Source: Felis catus
Taxonomy: Eukaryota
Direction of reading: 5' to 3'
Length of the DNA: 64,000 bases
Assembly (NCBI RefSeq): GCF_018350175.1
Contig: NC_058373.1
Coordinates: 103,666,001-103,730,000 of the forward strand
In this document: in pieces, positions 24,826-37,805 of the stretch
How positions within the stretch are numbered: the first letter of the stretch is position 1
Layout: every line of letters starts with the position of its first letter
Position numbers and translations under genes: made by a program
Notes under the pieces: generated by a model
The model's database searches: none
What the model was told of the DNA's origin: nothing
The model's input: the letters and a program-made list of their open reading frames with translations, nothing else

Positions 24826-26569
24826 GTTTGTTTTTCTTTTTTTAACTTCTTTAAAGGCAAAGTACTCCTATTTCCACTTGCTCCTTGTCGTTCTTTGTTG
24901 ACCGCTTTCAGCCTCAAGATGAGCAGTAGTTAGAACAGTGGTCTACACTTCTTGGGCACACCAATGATCAAGAGACAAGTTCCTTAAGGCCAAAGGCCAC
25001 AGGCCTGCCCCCAGCCCTGCCATCAGGGTAGGTGGTCCTTGTTGGCGCTGGGCCTCAGCTACCTGCTGGTGCCTATCCAGTGGGACCTGGGTGAGGACTG
25101 GGTATCTCCAGGGAGCCTTTGGCTCTGTTTCCAGCATCTTAGGGAGGCTCAGCAGAGGTCTGTGGGATTAAATTCCCCGCAAGCCACTGGACTCACACCC
25201 AGTTTAAAGACAGCAGGATCTAGTCTCGGATTATTCCTGTGGTCCCGGTTTCTCTCTTCAGGCAGTCACTACAGGAGAAGAGGGAGTGAAGGAGAAGCCC
25301 CCTTAATACCCTAATTCTTTCCGAAGATGATTCAGGTTTTTGTAGCTTCATTAGCATTTGCAGATAGAAATACATTTTAAGTGGCATTATGCTAAGTAAT
25401 TATTCTTACAGGATGTGAAATTAAACACATTTTACTCAGCATGAAATTATTCCTGCCACGTACTGAGTTTGGTGACAGCTTGAGAGTTTGGACAGTGGGT
25501 TGCAAGAAGGAGAGAAGCAATCTATGCATTAAAAAAAAAAAAAATCCAACCCCAAATATTCCACCAAAGGTAAGTCCTTGTAGCGAAATAATTTTGGCTG
25601 GTTGGAATATTAAACCTGCTACTATAAATTTCACGCCTTGCATTCCTAAAGCAGATGCAGTGTGATCATGCCAAAAATTAATTGGAAATAATGCGACTTG
25701 TCTTGTGTACTCTATCCAGTAGAGGGCATAGCAGATAAGCGTTGTGTGCATTGGTGACTTAGCGACTGATAAGGCTTGTTTGTAATTGCTTCTGTAAAGA
25801 TATGTAGCAACATGCTTGGATGCTTATTTACATTTAGGAATGTGGTTCGGAATAGGAGGTTTAGATTTATAACTTTGTTTTTGTCTGTCAATACATGGGA
25901 GACTTTTGGTTGTTACGAGCATTATATTTACCAATGCGCAATGTTAAATTGCTGGATTTAATTGTTACAGTACAGTGAATTATTCTATTATTTCTCACTT
26001 TTTTATCCTAAGGAAAATTCAAACTTTCCAGGCTTTAGGGCAGGATAAAATGGCTCTGAGCATGTCAACGTCTCAAGAGCACATTATTTTCTTATTGGAT
26101 TGTATTAACTTTACAGATGGAAATTTGAAGGAGAATTAGAAGGCTTAGGGATGGGAAATTTGGAGAAGAAAAGAATAATGTCTTAAGATTTCTGGAGGGG
26201 TTAACTGGTAAGTCATTCTGAAAGCTGCTGATGCTAATTCTCATAGCAAGAGACAGAGCAGACCCCAAAATTATCAGGAACGAGGCACAGAATGGCTAAG
26301 AAGGAACAGAATCTTGTGTCACACTCAGACTCGCCAAAGGATTACTCAGGTTCCCTGTCTCTTCTTCTCTCCGGTTCAAAATACCTGCGATAACTGGCAC
26401 AAATTTGTCGTGTGTAAATGCCGAATAGGGCGACTTTCCACGATCGAGGCAGAGGGTTGTTTGGCAGGCCCCCTTAGGTTACAAAGCAAACAGTCTTCGG
26501 CCTCAGATGCACGTATTTGGACCCCAAAGAACAACAACATGACATACATAAACAGACACCTGCCACAAG

Positions 26570-27005
26570 CCCTGTAACCTGAAGGGAAAGCTGGGGGGAG
26601 GGGGCGGAGCACAGCGTAATGAAACTAACAGGCAACGGCGTTACCTGTTTGGATAAGGTAAAGGAAAGGAAAGGCGTGCGCCCACCTCCTGCCCGCAAAT
26701 CAGCCGTCTCCTGAGGGGTGACCGGGACTGGGCAGCCACTGGTGTCCTGCCCACGTGATCTGACCCGTGGCCAGGCACTGCGGGGGGGGGGGGGGGTCTG
26801 GAATCCTGATTGTCGGGACCCCCGCCCCCCACCGCAGACACCTCGTCCCCCTCTGGAGCGCTTCCCCACCAGTTCGGAGGCTTCCACGCAACCCCCGGAG
26901 CGGAGGCACCCCACGGGGAAAATGAGCTGGGGAAGGCACTCGCCAGAGAGGTAGCCTCTGGGTGGGGAGCCAGGAGCGCGGGCTCAAGGGTGTCAGGAGA
27001 CACGC
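26570..27005. promoter_or_regulatory. GC/CpG-rich non-repeat patch (borderline orphan CpG island)
   Basis: About 25 CpGs counted by eye in 26581-27000; GC box GGGGCGGAG near 26601; E-box CACGTG near 26752; long G run at 26782. Confidence 0.35.
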
Positions 27006-27194
27006 TGGGTCGTTTTGAGCTGTAAGTTGTGCACCTTGAGCAAGTATTGCCTGATATGAAACTTGTAGTGAAATGGAACCCACACTTACAGAAGAGACTT
27101 GCCCTTTCCTAGACCCGTTCTTGTGGACAGCCTCTCCCCCTGCCACGTGAACCACTTTCCCCTTCTTGTGCTTTTGTTTTTAATGTTTAATTTC

Positions 27195-27370
27195 TTTAGT
27201 GTTAAGAGAGGGGTGGGGGGGGGGGGTGGTTGTGGACAGAGAATCCCAAGCAGACTCTGTGCTATTAGCGCAGAGCCCGAAGCAGGGCTCTAACTCAGGA
27301 GCGGTGAGATCACGACCTGAGCCAAAATCAAGAGTTGGAAGCCCAACCGATTGAGCCACCCAGACGCCCC
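27195..27370 (-). mobile_element. Can-SINE
   Basis: Reverse-complement SINE ending ccacccagacgccccc; TSD ttgtgctttt. Confidence 0.85.
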
Positions 27371-27944
27371 CTGTTTGTGCTTTTCACATAGGGGTTAATA
27401 GCGCTTTCTCCCAGGCATGTGCTCGACTGCGGATCTTGTTCTCATGTCTCCTTTGAAACTTCTGTGTGTTGTTTGTATCACAAGGTTTCTTTACAAACGG
27501 ACTCCTCCCCCTGGTGTCTGGGTGTCTCGCCCGCATGTATGTTGTGGGAATAGGTGGTGGTGAAGGACTCCTGCAGGAGGGGAGGCAAGGAAAGAGAGAC
27601 AACGGGGAGAGAATGGGGAGGGGACATTCGTCATTGAAAAGGCTGTGGCGGAAGAATCTGACCCGCAGGCTTATGGATTTAGGGCTGAGTTTTAGGATAG
27701 GTTCAAGTTAGTGTGAGACTTAGGGTCTCCAGGGCTCTGCCTCACACCCGTGCCCCCAGATCCTATAGGTGTTGCTGTCGCAGAAAGTCGCATGCGTGCC
27801 CAAAATGGCTAGTGTCCTGATTTGGCTCCTATATAGTTGCAGATGTTAATAAATGCCTAAATTTTCCCTCTCAGCTGCTTCTCTTGCCATCAGATCTTTC
27901 TAATCAGAAACTATACTTACTATTGCAAATAAGTACTCCTGTGG

Positions 27945-28600
27945 TATATCAGTCAGGCTCCTGTTACAAAGGACAGAACCTGTGCCAGCTAGGGAAACTA
28001 GAAAGGGACTGTTACAAGGCACTAAATGGCTCTCAGGATCGCAGGAAGGACTGAGGAGACAGGTTCCAAGTTTAACCTTCCAGAATGACCTCAGCACTGC
28101 TCTGCAGAACCTGACCACCATCAGAGCTACACCCTTCTATAACAAGGAAGCTCTCTGTTAAAATTGGAAGCTACGGCTCTTGCCTTCCACTCCAGAACCT
28201 CAACATCACTGTCATCTTCAGGAAGCCACCGTGGTCAGGAGGTCCTTGCCCCTGCTACAGCCAGAGCCACCCAAGTGCCCCCTGGAAATCATGCCAGCAA
28301 GTGGCCATCCCACCACTGCTTTCGACACTCGCAAAGCTAGTGATCAGACACAGGGGAGCTAAATGTGCCTGACTGTGCTTGCGAGCGAAGTGCAGAAACG
28401 AGGGCTATCTCTTCCTCCTGCCTTCCAAATCCCATGGAGTGCATCTGAATGGCTGAGCCGTGCTCACATCTGGAACTCCAGCTGCAAGGGCCTCTGGGAA
28501 ATGACAACTGCATTCTCACTGCATTTCTACAGTACAGAAGGCATTCTAGAAGGTAGTTGGAGTAAGTGTTGAACATTAATACATTGTATTTGCTACAGTC
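27945..28600 (-). mobile_element. Old ERVL/MaLR-like LTR relic
   Basis: tatcagtcaggct...acagaac start and gcatctgaatggctgagcc...cagctgcaagggcctctgggaaatg late motif, typical of old LTRs in reverse; family uncertain. Confidence 0.45.
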
Positions 28601-29601
28601 CCGACAATTACAGAGGTGAAAGCGTACTTTTATTTGAAGAAGCTTATTTACAAACTACACACAAGAACAAATAGCTTCTTTTCTTCAATAAAAATAATGT
28701 GCATTCAGAAATGGGCAAATCAGTAATGCAGGACTTTTCCAGTAAGAATTTATAGGTACTGAGGTCAACACAAAAAGGGCAGGGGAGGGTGGGAATTATT
28801 TTATTTCCTCTGTCCTAGCAATAGAGGAATTAGCAAAGATCAATGTGTTGTGTCTGCTTTCTGCGATGGTAATCAGTACATAACTAGAACACGGAGCGGA
28901 AGGGCAAGAGGCAGCTGATTTTACCCACTAATGACATGGAAGCTGGTGGGAAGTTTCCTGCTGTGAAGACTAGAAGTAAGAGAAGGAACAGCTACATCAT
29001 TAATGGAATGGGTTAAAGATGTAAAGTCACGGCCACCTGCAGGAATTGGGTCTGCGCACAGGAGCAATAGAATCAACATACTTCGAGAAAGATCAGAGGG
29101 CCTGCCCGTAGGAAAGAAGCACAAAACAGACCCCAGAGCATCGTCCCCTCGGCATTGTCACTTGAGAAGCCATGTTAGGACAACATGGGTGTGAGTGGAA
29201 GTCCATCCTTGGGACGCTCCTGGAGAGCAGAGTAGGAAGCACCCCTCGAGTGTCAGAACTGGGACAATGTACAGGAAAGGAACAGCTTAAAAAAAAAGAA
29301 TTTCTGGGAACTCAAAATCGAGTGACCAAGAGACTACAAGAGATACACAATCCCAGGGCTTTCAGAAGCTGGAAGGCCACTTATAAAGAAAAGCATAACC
29401 TGCAATGGAATGAAAGAGACCAAGGGTTGCAGAAGAGACAGGAAGCAGATAGGACCAGAAAGACCCGGGAAAACCTCGCAAAGTTTCATGCAATTTGAGA
29501 TGGACGGTCACAAGTCCACCTGAGAATCAGAGCCTGAACAGTCAGCCGAGTCTGAATGGCCGCACAGAGTGTGGTTCCCTGATGTCACCAATATAAAGTG
29601 C

Positions 29602-29728
29602 AGGGGCGCCTGGGTGACCCAGTCTGTTGAGTATCAAACTCTGGATTTTGCCTCAGGTCATGATCCCAGGGTCAGAGGATTGAGCCCTGCATTAGGCTCC
29701 ACGCTGAAGTATGGAGCCTGCTTGAGAT

Positions 29729-29768
<40 letters not shown>

Positions 29769-30790
29769 TCTTTCTCTCTCTCTCCCTACCCCTGCTCATG
29801 CACACACTCTCTCTCTAAAATCAAAAAAGGGGTGCCTGGGTGGCTCAGTCAGTTAAGTGACTGATTCTTTTTTTTAATATGAAATTTATTGTCAAATTGG
29901 TTTCCATACAACACCCAGTGCTCATCCCAACAGGTGCCCTCCTCAGTGGCCATCACCCACTTTCCCCTCCCTCCACCCCCTCATCAACCTTCAGTTTATT
30001 CTCAGTTTTTAAGAGTCTCTTATGGTTTGCCTCCTTCCCTCTCTCATGCCAGTCAGAGAGGCTAAAATGAACAAATCAGGAGACTATAGGTGCTGGCGAG
30101 GATGTGGAGAAACGGGAACCCTCTTGCACTGTTGGTGGGAATGCAAACTGGTGCAGCCGCTCTGGAAAACAGTATGGAGGTTCCTCAAAAAATTAAAAAT
30201 AGATCTACCCTATGACCCAGCAATAGCACTGCTAGGAATTTACCCAAAGGATACAGGAGGGCTGATGCATAGGGGCACTTGTACCCCAATGTTTATAGCA
30301 GCACTCTCAACAATAGCCAAATTATGGGAAGAGCCTAAATGTCCATCAACTGATGAATGGATAAAGAAATTGTGGTTTATATACACAATGGAGTACTACA
30401 TGGCAATGAGAAAGAATGAAATATGGCCTCTTGTAGCAATGTGGATGGAACTGGAGAGTGTTATGCTAAGTGAAATAAGTCATACAGAGAAAGACAGATA
30501 TCATATGTTTTCACTCCTATGTGGATCCTGAGAAACTTAACAGAAGACCATGGGGGAGGGGAAGGGGGAAAAAAAAGAAAAGTGACTGATTCTTGATTTC
30601 AGCTCAGGTCATGATCCCAGGGTCGTAAGATCGAGCCAAGCCCCATGCCAAGCTCCACGCTGGGTGTGGTGCCTGCGTAAGATTCTCTATCTCTCCCTGT
30701 CTCTGCCCCTTCCCTGCTTGTGCTTTCTCTCTCAAAATAAATAAAGAAGCATTAAAAAAATAAAAACAAATACAAAATAAGTAAATAAAG
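29602..30790 (+). mobile_element. Two tandem Can-SINEs (29602-29828; second starts 29829 and is split by the L1, resuming at 30580)
   Basis: Second head ggggtgcctgggtggctcagtcagttaagtgactgattctt continues as gatttcagctcaggtcatgatcc after the L1. Confidence 0.9.
29870..30579 (-). mobile_element. 5'-truncated, 5'-inverted feline-type LINE-1 (L1_Fc-like) with 15-bp TSD
   Basis: TSD AAGTGACTGATTCTT at 29855-29869 and 30580-30594. 29870-~30045 is the L1 3' end with poly(A) on the minus strand; ~30043-30579 is the ORF2 C-terminus (cysteine-rich [18 protein letters not shown] motif, stop at 30531) and start of the 3' UTR on the plus strand. Confidence 0.93.
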
Positions 30791-30914
30791 TGCAATTGCG
30801 TTGTGCCTGGAGGGGAAGCAAGATCAGCTGCTCTGAAGCTTTGAGTTACTTGTGACCTTCAGCGTAGACATAAACTGTTTTAATGATTCCATTAATTTAC
30901 TTATTTAACCAGGT

Positions 30915-31099
30915 TTTTAAAATGTTTATTTATTTCTGAGAGAGTGCAAGCTGGCGAGGGGCCAAGAGAGGGAGACAGAGGATCTGAGGCAGGCTTTGCG
31001 CTGACAGCAGCCAGCCCGCTGTGGGGCTCGAACTCACCAACCATGAGATCATGACCTGAGCCGAAGTTGGACCCTCAACCGACTGAGCCACCCAGGTGC
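30915..31099 (-). mobile_element. Can-SINE inside an L2 relic (~30890-31760)
   Basis: Reverse SINE flanked by caggttttt; surrounding L2-like aaagagtttggattgtatct motif. Confidence 0.8.
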
Positions 31100-32310
31100 T
31101 TCTAACAGGTTTTTCTGAAGTATCTACTATATGTCAGGTAATACGTTAGGGGGTTTATAACTTCGTGAGGGCCAAAGATAAGTAAAGAAGCAATTGCATT
31201 ATAATGTGGTAACGTCCATAGTAAGGGTGGCATAGAGGATTATGCAGAACACTTACCCCCCTCACCTGTACGTGGGAGGATGTCAGGGAGGGCTCCCTGG
31301 GGAGGAGGCCAGGCTTCGGGGATGGGAGGAGAATTAGCCGGACAGATGAGGGGAGGGGGCCAGCACGTCGAGAGGGAGAGTGCCGCAGGAAGCAGGAAAT
31401 GGCGAGTACAAAGCCTTGGAGGGGAGAGAGGGAATGGCATATTTAAGGGACGCAGACGGTGGAGGTACAGAATTGGAGGCAGACGTGGCAAGAAATGAAG
31501 CGGTGGGCCAAAATGGACCAGCTCGTAAGGGGTCTTAAGAGCCACATTAAAGAGTTTGGATTGTATCTGGAAGGCAAGGGGACCCGGTGGGAAGTGTTTC
31601 CAACTGGGGCGTGATGCCCTGTGAGTTTAGAGCGATGAGGGCGGTAGCACTGGAGGGAATCGCCTGGGAGCAGAGGCAGGGCCGGAGGAAGAGGACTGCA
31701 GGTGACTGCGGTCACAGCGAGGTGCTGGTGTGGCCTGAGCTGGGTGGCGGTGGGCATGAAGGAAACGGGCATACCCTAGAGAACCGCAAGCCTGCCAACA
31801 ATCCTCGGAAGCTTGGTCTCTTACAGTCAACACAACCAGCTTTCTCTCCTCTCACCTCCGGCCCCCTTCCCTCACCTCTTAGCTGTCTTCTGTCGCTGAG
31901 AAAATAGAAGCCATTAGAAAGGATTTCTCTGCCCCTCACCATCACACCCACCTGCGTCTGTGCCCACCTTCCCCTTCTCCACTCCCGAGGCCTCCTCCCA
32001 TCACAAGCCAACACCCATGACAGCCTGAAATCCTGGGCTGGCCACCTTCTCAAGGACTCTGCTCCTTTGAGCGTCTTCTCTTCTGCATCACTGGTGTCTC
32101 ATTCTCCCTCTGTCTCTGTCTCTCTCTCTTTCTCCTCCTTCCCTGATCCGGCTCTGTCTCTCTCTCTCCAAGCTCCCTCCTCTGAGGCCTTTCACATTTC
32201 AGCCTCCCTGGTCCCAAATGGTCCAAGCCCTTTCCTACCTGAGGGCCTGTGTGAAAACTGCTCCATCTGCCTGAAAAAGATCTTGCCATTTGTACCGGGT
32301 GGAAGAGTGG

Positions 32311-32690
32311 CTCCCAAATGATCGTGTCCACCCAGAACCTCAGAATGTGACCTTCTTTGGAAATAGGGTCTCTGTAAATGTGACTAAGATGAGGTCATAC
32401 TGGATTAAGGCGTCCAATGACTAAATCCAATGATAAGAAGAGGAGAGGTCACACAAAGATAGACACAGAGGAAAGAAGGCGATGAGAAGATGGGAGGCGG
32501 AAATTGTGCCAACAACCACAGCAGCTAGGAGGAGATGAGGGAAAATTCTTCCCTAGAGACTTCAGAGGGAGCATGGCCCAGCTGATGTCTTGATTTCTGA
32601 CTTCTGGCCTCCAGAACCGAAAGAATACTGTTCTCTTGTTTTCAGCCACCCAGTTTGTGGTCATTTGCTATGGCAGCACTAGGCATAGGG
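32311..32690 (+). mobile_element. ERVL-MaLR LTR (MLT1B/C-like)
   Basis: cctcagaatgtgaccttctttggaaatagggtc...gagggagcatggccc...gacttctggcctccagaac...cagtttgtggtcatttgctatggcagc. Confidence 0.8.
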
Positions 32691-32695
32691 CTGAC

Positions 32696-32926
32696 TTTTT
32701 TCTTTTCTTTTTTTTTTTTTTTTCAACGTTTATTTATTTTTGGGACAGAGAGAGACAGAGCATGAACGGGGGAGGGGCAGAGAGAGAGGGAGACACAGAA
32801 TCAGAAACAGGCTCCAGGCTCCGAGCCATCAGCCCAGAGCCTGACGCGGGGCTCGAACTCCCGGACCGCGAGATCGTGACCTGGCTGAAGTCGGACGCTT
32901 AACCGACTGCGCCACCCAGGCGCCCC
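32696..32926 (-). mobile_element. Young SINEC_Fc-type SINE
   Basis: Near-identical to copies at 3953, 38953, 48032 and 52001; TSD ctgactttttt. Confidence 0.95.
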
Positions 32927-33487
32927 TGACTTTTTTCTTTATTGAAACTAGTTCTCTCAATTTTTTTCTTTGTTGAAACTAACTCATTTTCTCTACAGCC
33001 CTTGTCATGACAGGCAGTCATATATTTATTGGCTCATTTTTGTTTTTATCGTCTCTTTCCCACATTAAATTCTAAGGGTCAAGAGGGCAGGGATCGTATC
33101 TGTTCGTTCACCTCTCTAATACTGGTCTGAAAGCAGCTCTGTGTTCAGTAATATTCGGTGAATGAGGGAAACAGTGAATGAAAGAATGAATGAGGTGTAT
33201 TTAGACCGTAGAATGGACTGGATTGGTGACTGGCTGGATAAGAGGAGAAGGGCCAGGGAGTCCAGGTTTTGGCTGGAGTCAGGGATTCGGGTACCCTTCA
33301 CTGGTCTGCAGAACACACAGAAAGAGCAAGTTTGGGGAAAATAATGAGTTCAGTTTTGGAGTTTTGAGTCTGAGGTGCCTCTAAGGGCACTCAAAAATAG
33401 AAACCAACTAGTAGCCCCATTTCTGCCTGCCCAACCCCCACCCCACCCCTGTTTATTTGTAATACAGCAGCCAGGGTGAGCCTCTAT

Positions 33488-33694
33488 TTTTAAAAAAAAA
33501 AATTTAAAGTTTAGAGAGAGAGCATGTAAGTGGGGAAGAGAGGCAGAGGGAGCGAGAGAGAGAGGGAGAGGATCTTAAGCAGGCTCCACACTCAGTGCAG
33601 AGGCCGATGTGGGCTCGATCCCATGACCTGGGATCATGACCTGAGCTGAGATCATGAGTCAGACACTCAACCGACTGAGTCACCCAGGCGCCCC
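33488..33694 (-). mobile_element. Can-SINE within L2 relics (~32950-33960)
   Basis: TSD cagggtgag; flanking L2 3'-end motifs ctccatgagggcaggg and atgtttgttgaataaa. Confidence 0.8.
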
Positions 33695-34569
33695 AGGGTG
33701 AGTCTTTAAAAACATGGGCAGATGACATACCTCCTCTGTTCATCGCCTTCCAGTGGCTCTAACATACTATTTATCTTGCTTCTTTGTTTATTGTCTGACT
33801 TCCCCTACTCTAGTGAAATAGATGCTCCATGAGGGCAGGGCATTTTGTCGGGTTTTTTTTTCACTACTGTGTATCCAGCACCTACAACAGTGTCTGGCAG
33901 ATAGGAGTCTTCAGTCAGATGTTTGTTGAATAAAGGAATGAGATTCCATTAGGAATCTGGATTCATGAGTCTGGCACTCAGGAGCGGGTTCTGGGCTGAA
34001 GATGAGGATTGGAGGCCACGGACAGATAGAGGGCGCACGAAGCCGCCTCCGGAGTGCCTGTGATCTCCCACTTGCAGCGGGGAGAGTAGCAGAAGAAGAG
34101 GAGCCCCAGGGAACATAAAAGAAAAGCAGAGAAAGTGGTGCCCTGGAAGGAGACTGGGAGGCAGCAGTCCGTGTGGCGTCAGACGACCAAGGCGGGCGAG
34201 CCCGGCAGGGAGGAAGTGGTCCATGGTCAAGTTCGACTGAGAGGAAGCAGTCCAAGGACAGCAGCTTCAGGAGGTAGTAGAGGCACCCACCCAGTTTCAG
34301 CGTGGAGGGGTGGGGCAGGGGGGTTGAGCAGCTGGTACGGACAGGTCTCCAGGAAATCAGGCTGAGAAGGAGAAACGGGCCGATTCCTGGAGGAGGGCCA
34401 GGCGTCAATGTCATGATTGGACAGAACAGGGCCGGCTTCAGGGCTGAGGAGAAGGAGCTAGCAAAGAGAACTTTGTGGACACAGCTGAGAGACTGCGGTG
34501 CCTGACGTGGCGGGGAGAACAGGTAAAGAAAGTGGAGGAGGGGTGGCCTGGAGATGAGTGGCAGCTCAC

Positions 34570-34950
34570 GACAGCAAGGATGCGGTTCTTGCTTACACAT
34601 CTGTAATTAGATCGGAGGTCGGCCGGTCTAGGTTGGGTCCAGCTGGCCTCGGTTCCGGGCTCTTCAAAGTATCTCATTTCTCTGGGCCCAGCAGAGTGTG
34701 TTCCTCTCGTGGCAATGGCAGAAGCCAACAGAGAAAGCCCAACCCACAAGCACGTTTCTGGCCTTTGCTGACATCCCACTTGCTAACATCCCACCGGTGA
34801 AAGCAAGTCACTTGGCCAAGCTCAAAGTCAAGAGGGGAGGCGGGGACGCTCTGCCCTCATGAGGCCACGGCAAGGCTGTGAATGGGTATTTCTGCTATGG
34901 GGGTGGGGAGCAGGTGAAGAATGGAGGCAATAATGCAGCCTACCAGAGGA
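34570..34950 (-). mobile_element. MaLR LTR relic (MLT1J-like)
   Basis: gctaacatccca...aagcaagtcacttggccaagc motif typical of MLT1H/J in reverse. Confidence 0.6.
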
Positions 34951-36294
34951 CGCCAGCGTCACCATTTTGATTATCCTCACCTCATCCAAGCCGTATGTGG
35001 TACGATTTGCTGTAGCTCCCAACCAGCCTCCCCACCTCCGAGTGATCCTGCAAGACACCAGACTCAGCCTCCTCACATGACATTGTCATGATGTCCCTCC
35101 TCTTTCCAAGCCCTGCCGGTAAGATGAAGCCCAAAGTCCTCAGCCAGGGATCCAGGGGCTCCAAACCCAACGTGTGCAGGGTGTTCCCATCTCTCTCCAG
35201 GATGGACTCTCCACTCTGGAGTCTAATTCTACTCCTTCTCCTCAACCCACCCTTTCTCAACCGCTTCATCACTTACCTAACGTACCCCCCCCACCCCACC
35301 CCCCGCCCCGTGAAGCTTCCATGTCTTCTTCCCAAACCCGTTTCTGAACTCCTACAATTAAACTTAAATACAGTGACTTGAATTGTGAATATTTTGTTTA
35401 CATATTTACTGAACAAACGGTGTTTTCTTTCAGCACCCACTTGTCACACAACTAACGTGGGGTTGACCCGTTATGGCTGGGCGCTTAGTGGAAACCTGGC
35501 AGTCTTGCCCCCGAGGAGTTTCCAGCTGAGGACTAGAAACAGGTGGGTCAACGGGGCAATTGCGATGCGAGAAATGCTACCCTTGGGGCGAGCCTGGGCT
35601 GCCATGGAGTCTGTGTGAGAGCACCGTCACAGATTTAAAGGAAATGGAAGGCTTTCCAGAGGAAGGCGAGATCCGGATGATAAGGGGCTCACCAAGCCTG
35701 AGAAAGGTTACGGTGTCTCAGGCACGGAGAACAGCATGGGCAAAGGCATGGAGACTTGAAGGAGTGTGGTGTGTTTGGGGAATAAGTAGGTCTGTGTACC
35801 TCACAAATAGGAGTGAGGGCTGAGTAACAGGGAGAAAACGTGGAATGGTAGGTTGAGGCCATCTACTGAAGGCTCTTCTGTTCCACCCTCAGGAATCTGA
35901 ACTTTAATAGGGGAGGTTAGGGGCTGCATGAGGGCAGAGAAACATATGGGGAGTGGAAGGAAGGGCCTCCCGTTTACGTCTGTCCTCGGGGCCACCCAAT
36001 AGTATCTGGCCCCCTTGATGACAACCAGATGCTAAATGTATAGTGAGAGCCCTGTGCCCTCCTATAGCCCGCTTCCCCCTTTAGGATGTCTCAGCCCAGA
36101 CCTGAAGGGGGGGTCTTGGGGATGGCGTAGCACTTCCCCATTCGCAGACAGCCCCTGGATTCTCTGTCCTAACCACCTCCCAGGGTACTGAACAGAGACT
36201 CCCCAGCTGCTATAGGGCTGCAAGGCCCTCTTTACCCCTCCCCTGCCAGCCGTGGCGTGCAGTAGCCTCTGAGGCCCTGTTAACTTAGAACTGA

Positions 36295-37658
36295 TGACGG
36301 TTTGTGAGTTCTAGCCCCACATTGGGCTTTCTGCTGTCAGCGCAGAGCCCACTCTGGATCCCCTGCCTCCCTCTTTCTCTGCCCCTCCCCCACATGTGCT
36401 CGCTCTCTCTCTCTCTCTCTCTTAAAAATAGATTATAAACATTTCAAAAAATCTCAAGCTCTTTCCTTCCTAAAAAAAAAGAAAAAAAGAAAAAAAGAAT
36501 TGATCTTCACTTTCTCCCTAATTCGGAAGCACTCTTTTCTCTCTAAACTGAAGTTTGCTTCCTTATATGTCGGTCATGAGCACATTGGGTGAATCCATTA
36601 CTCCTCTTCTGATAGTACTTTCCATGTTTTACCAAACTCATGGCCTCCCCCAGTCTTGTCCGGGTTAGACACAACTAATCTCTTCACACCCCCCGCCCAA
36701 AAAAAAGTAGTCTCTGCAGATTCGTACCACCCATCATCGTGGTGACCTCTGGGGCCATTGGGGTTAAAAGGCAGTGTTCCTCTTGAAAGGCTGGCTTCCA
36801 GAAGTGGGTTCAAAGCCACAGGTGTAAGCTGAGCAGCGCAAAGCCTGAGCGGGCAGTGAATTGGCCCCTCCCTTTGCCGGCCGCTGCATCAGATCAGCAA
36901 CCCTCAACTGAACCCACTGAGCCACAGGCATTACCACTACCTCATTCTTATTTAAATAGCAGAGAGCCAGTTTCCGGTCCAAAATAATGCACTTATTTTA
37001 TGCAACTCTTTCAAAGTTTCCTAATTTAGAAAACTGGGAGGTATCTTGGCACCATATAACGAAAATGGATGAGGTTTGGAGCCCAGTAGAATTTGAATCC
37101 AGACTTTGGCACCTATTAATTTTGTGACCTTAGGCAAGTGATGACTTCCAATGAGCCTCAGTTTTCTCATCTCTAAAGTGGAAATATTGATAACTACCTC
37201 TACAGGATTGTGTGACTGTTAAATTGCATAATACAATAACAACTGCTTAGTAAATGTTAGCCTCCGTCCCTTGGCCTTTTCTACTCACTGAGCCTTTGCT
37301 TCTTCAAGGGTGGCTCTGAGACACAGGGAATGTGCCCTGTCATGGGCATGAGGAGACTGGGATTCTGGTCCCGACTCCTTCATCATAGCATGAGAGCTGT
37401 GAATTCTGTTCAACACTATCCTTGGGGCTAATGCGCACATCAGATACAGTGCAGGTAAAAGCGTCTTTAAAAAGGTAAGTACTTAATAAATATTAGAAAA
37501 TAAAATATTATTGGGGCCCCTGGGTGGCTCAGTTGGTTGAGTGTCCGACTTCGGCTCAGGTCATAATCTCGCTGTTTGGGAGTTCAAGTCCCACAGCAGG
37601 CTCAGCGCAGAGACTGCTTCAGACTCTCTGCTCGCTCCCCTGTGCCCCTCCCCCGCTT

Positions 37659-37707
<49 letters not shown>

Positions 37708-37722
37708 CGCATGCTCTATCTC

Positions 37723-37777
<55 letters not shown>

Positions 37778-37805
37778 AATAAAGAAACATTAAAAAAAAT
37801 AAAAG
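36295..37805 (+). mobile_element. 5'-truncated SINE (~36295-36498), MIR relic (~37070-37260) and SINE ~37513-37805 with (GT)n and (CT)n microsatellites
   Basis: SINE bodies and tails; MIR core gtgaccttaggcaagt...gcctcagttttctcatct; GT run ~37663-37703. Confidence 0.8.

Noticed and set aside
30022..30531. 169-aa ORF
   Set aside because: C-terminal fragment of L1 ORF2 in a truncated, inverted insertion; its start codon comes from the antisense arm. Not a host gene.
33911..34600. Longest ORF in the track (229 aa, minus strand)
   Set aside because: Leu/Pro/Ser-rich translation of purine-skewed L2/MLT relics, non-ATG start, no homology I recognise.
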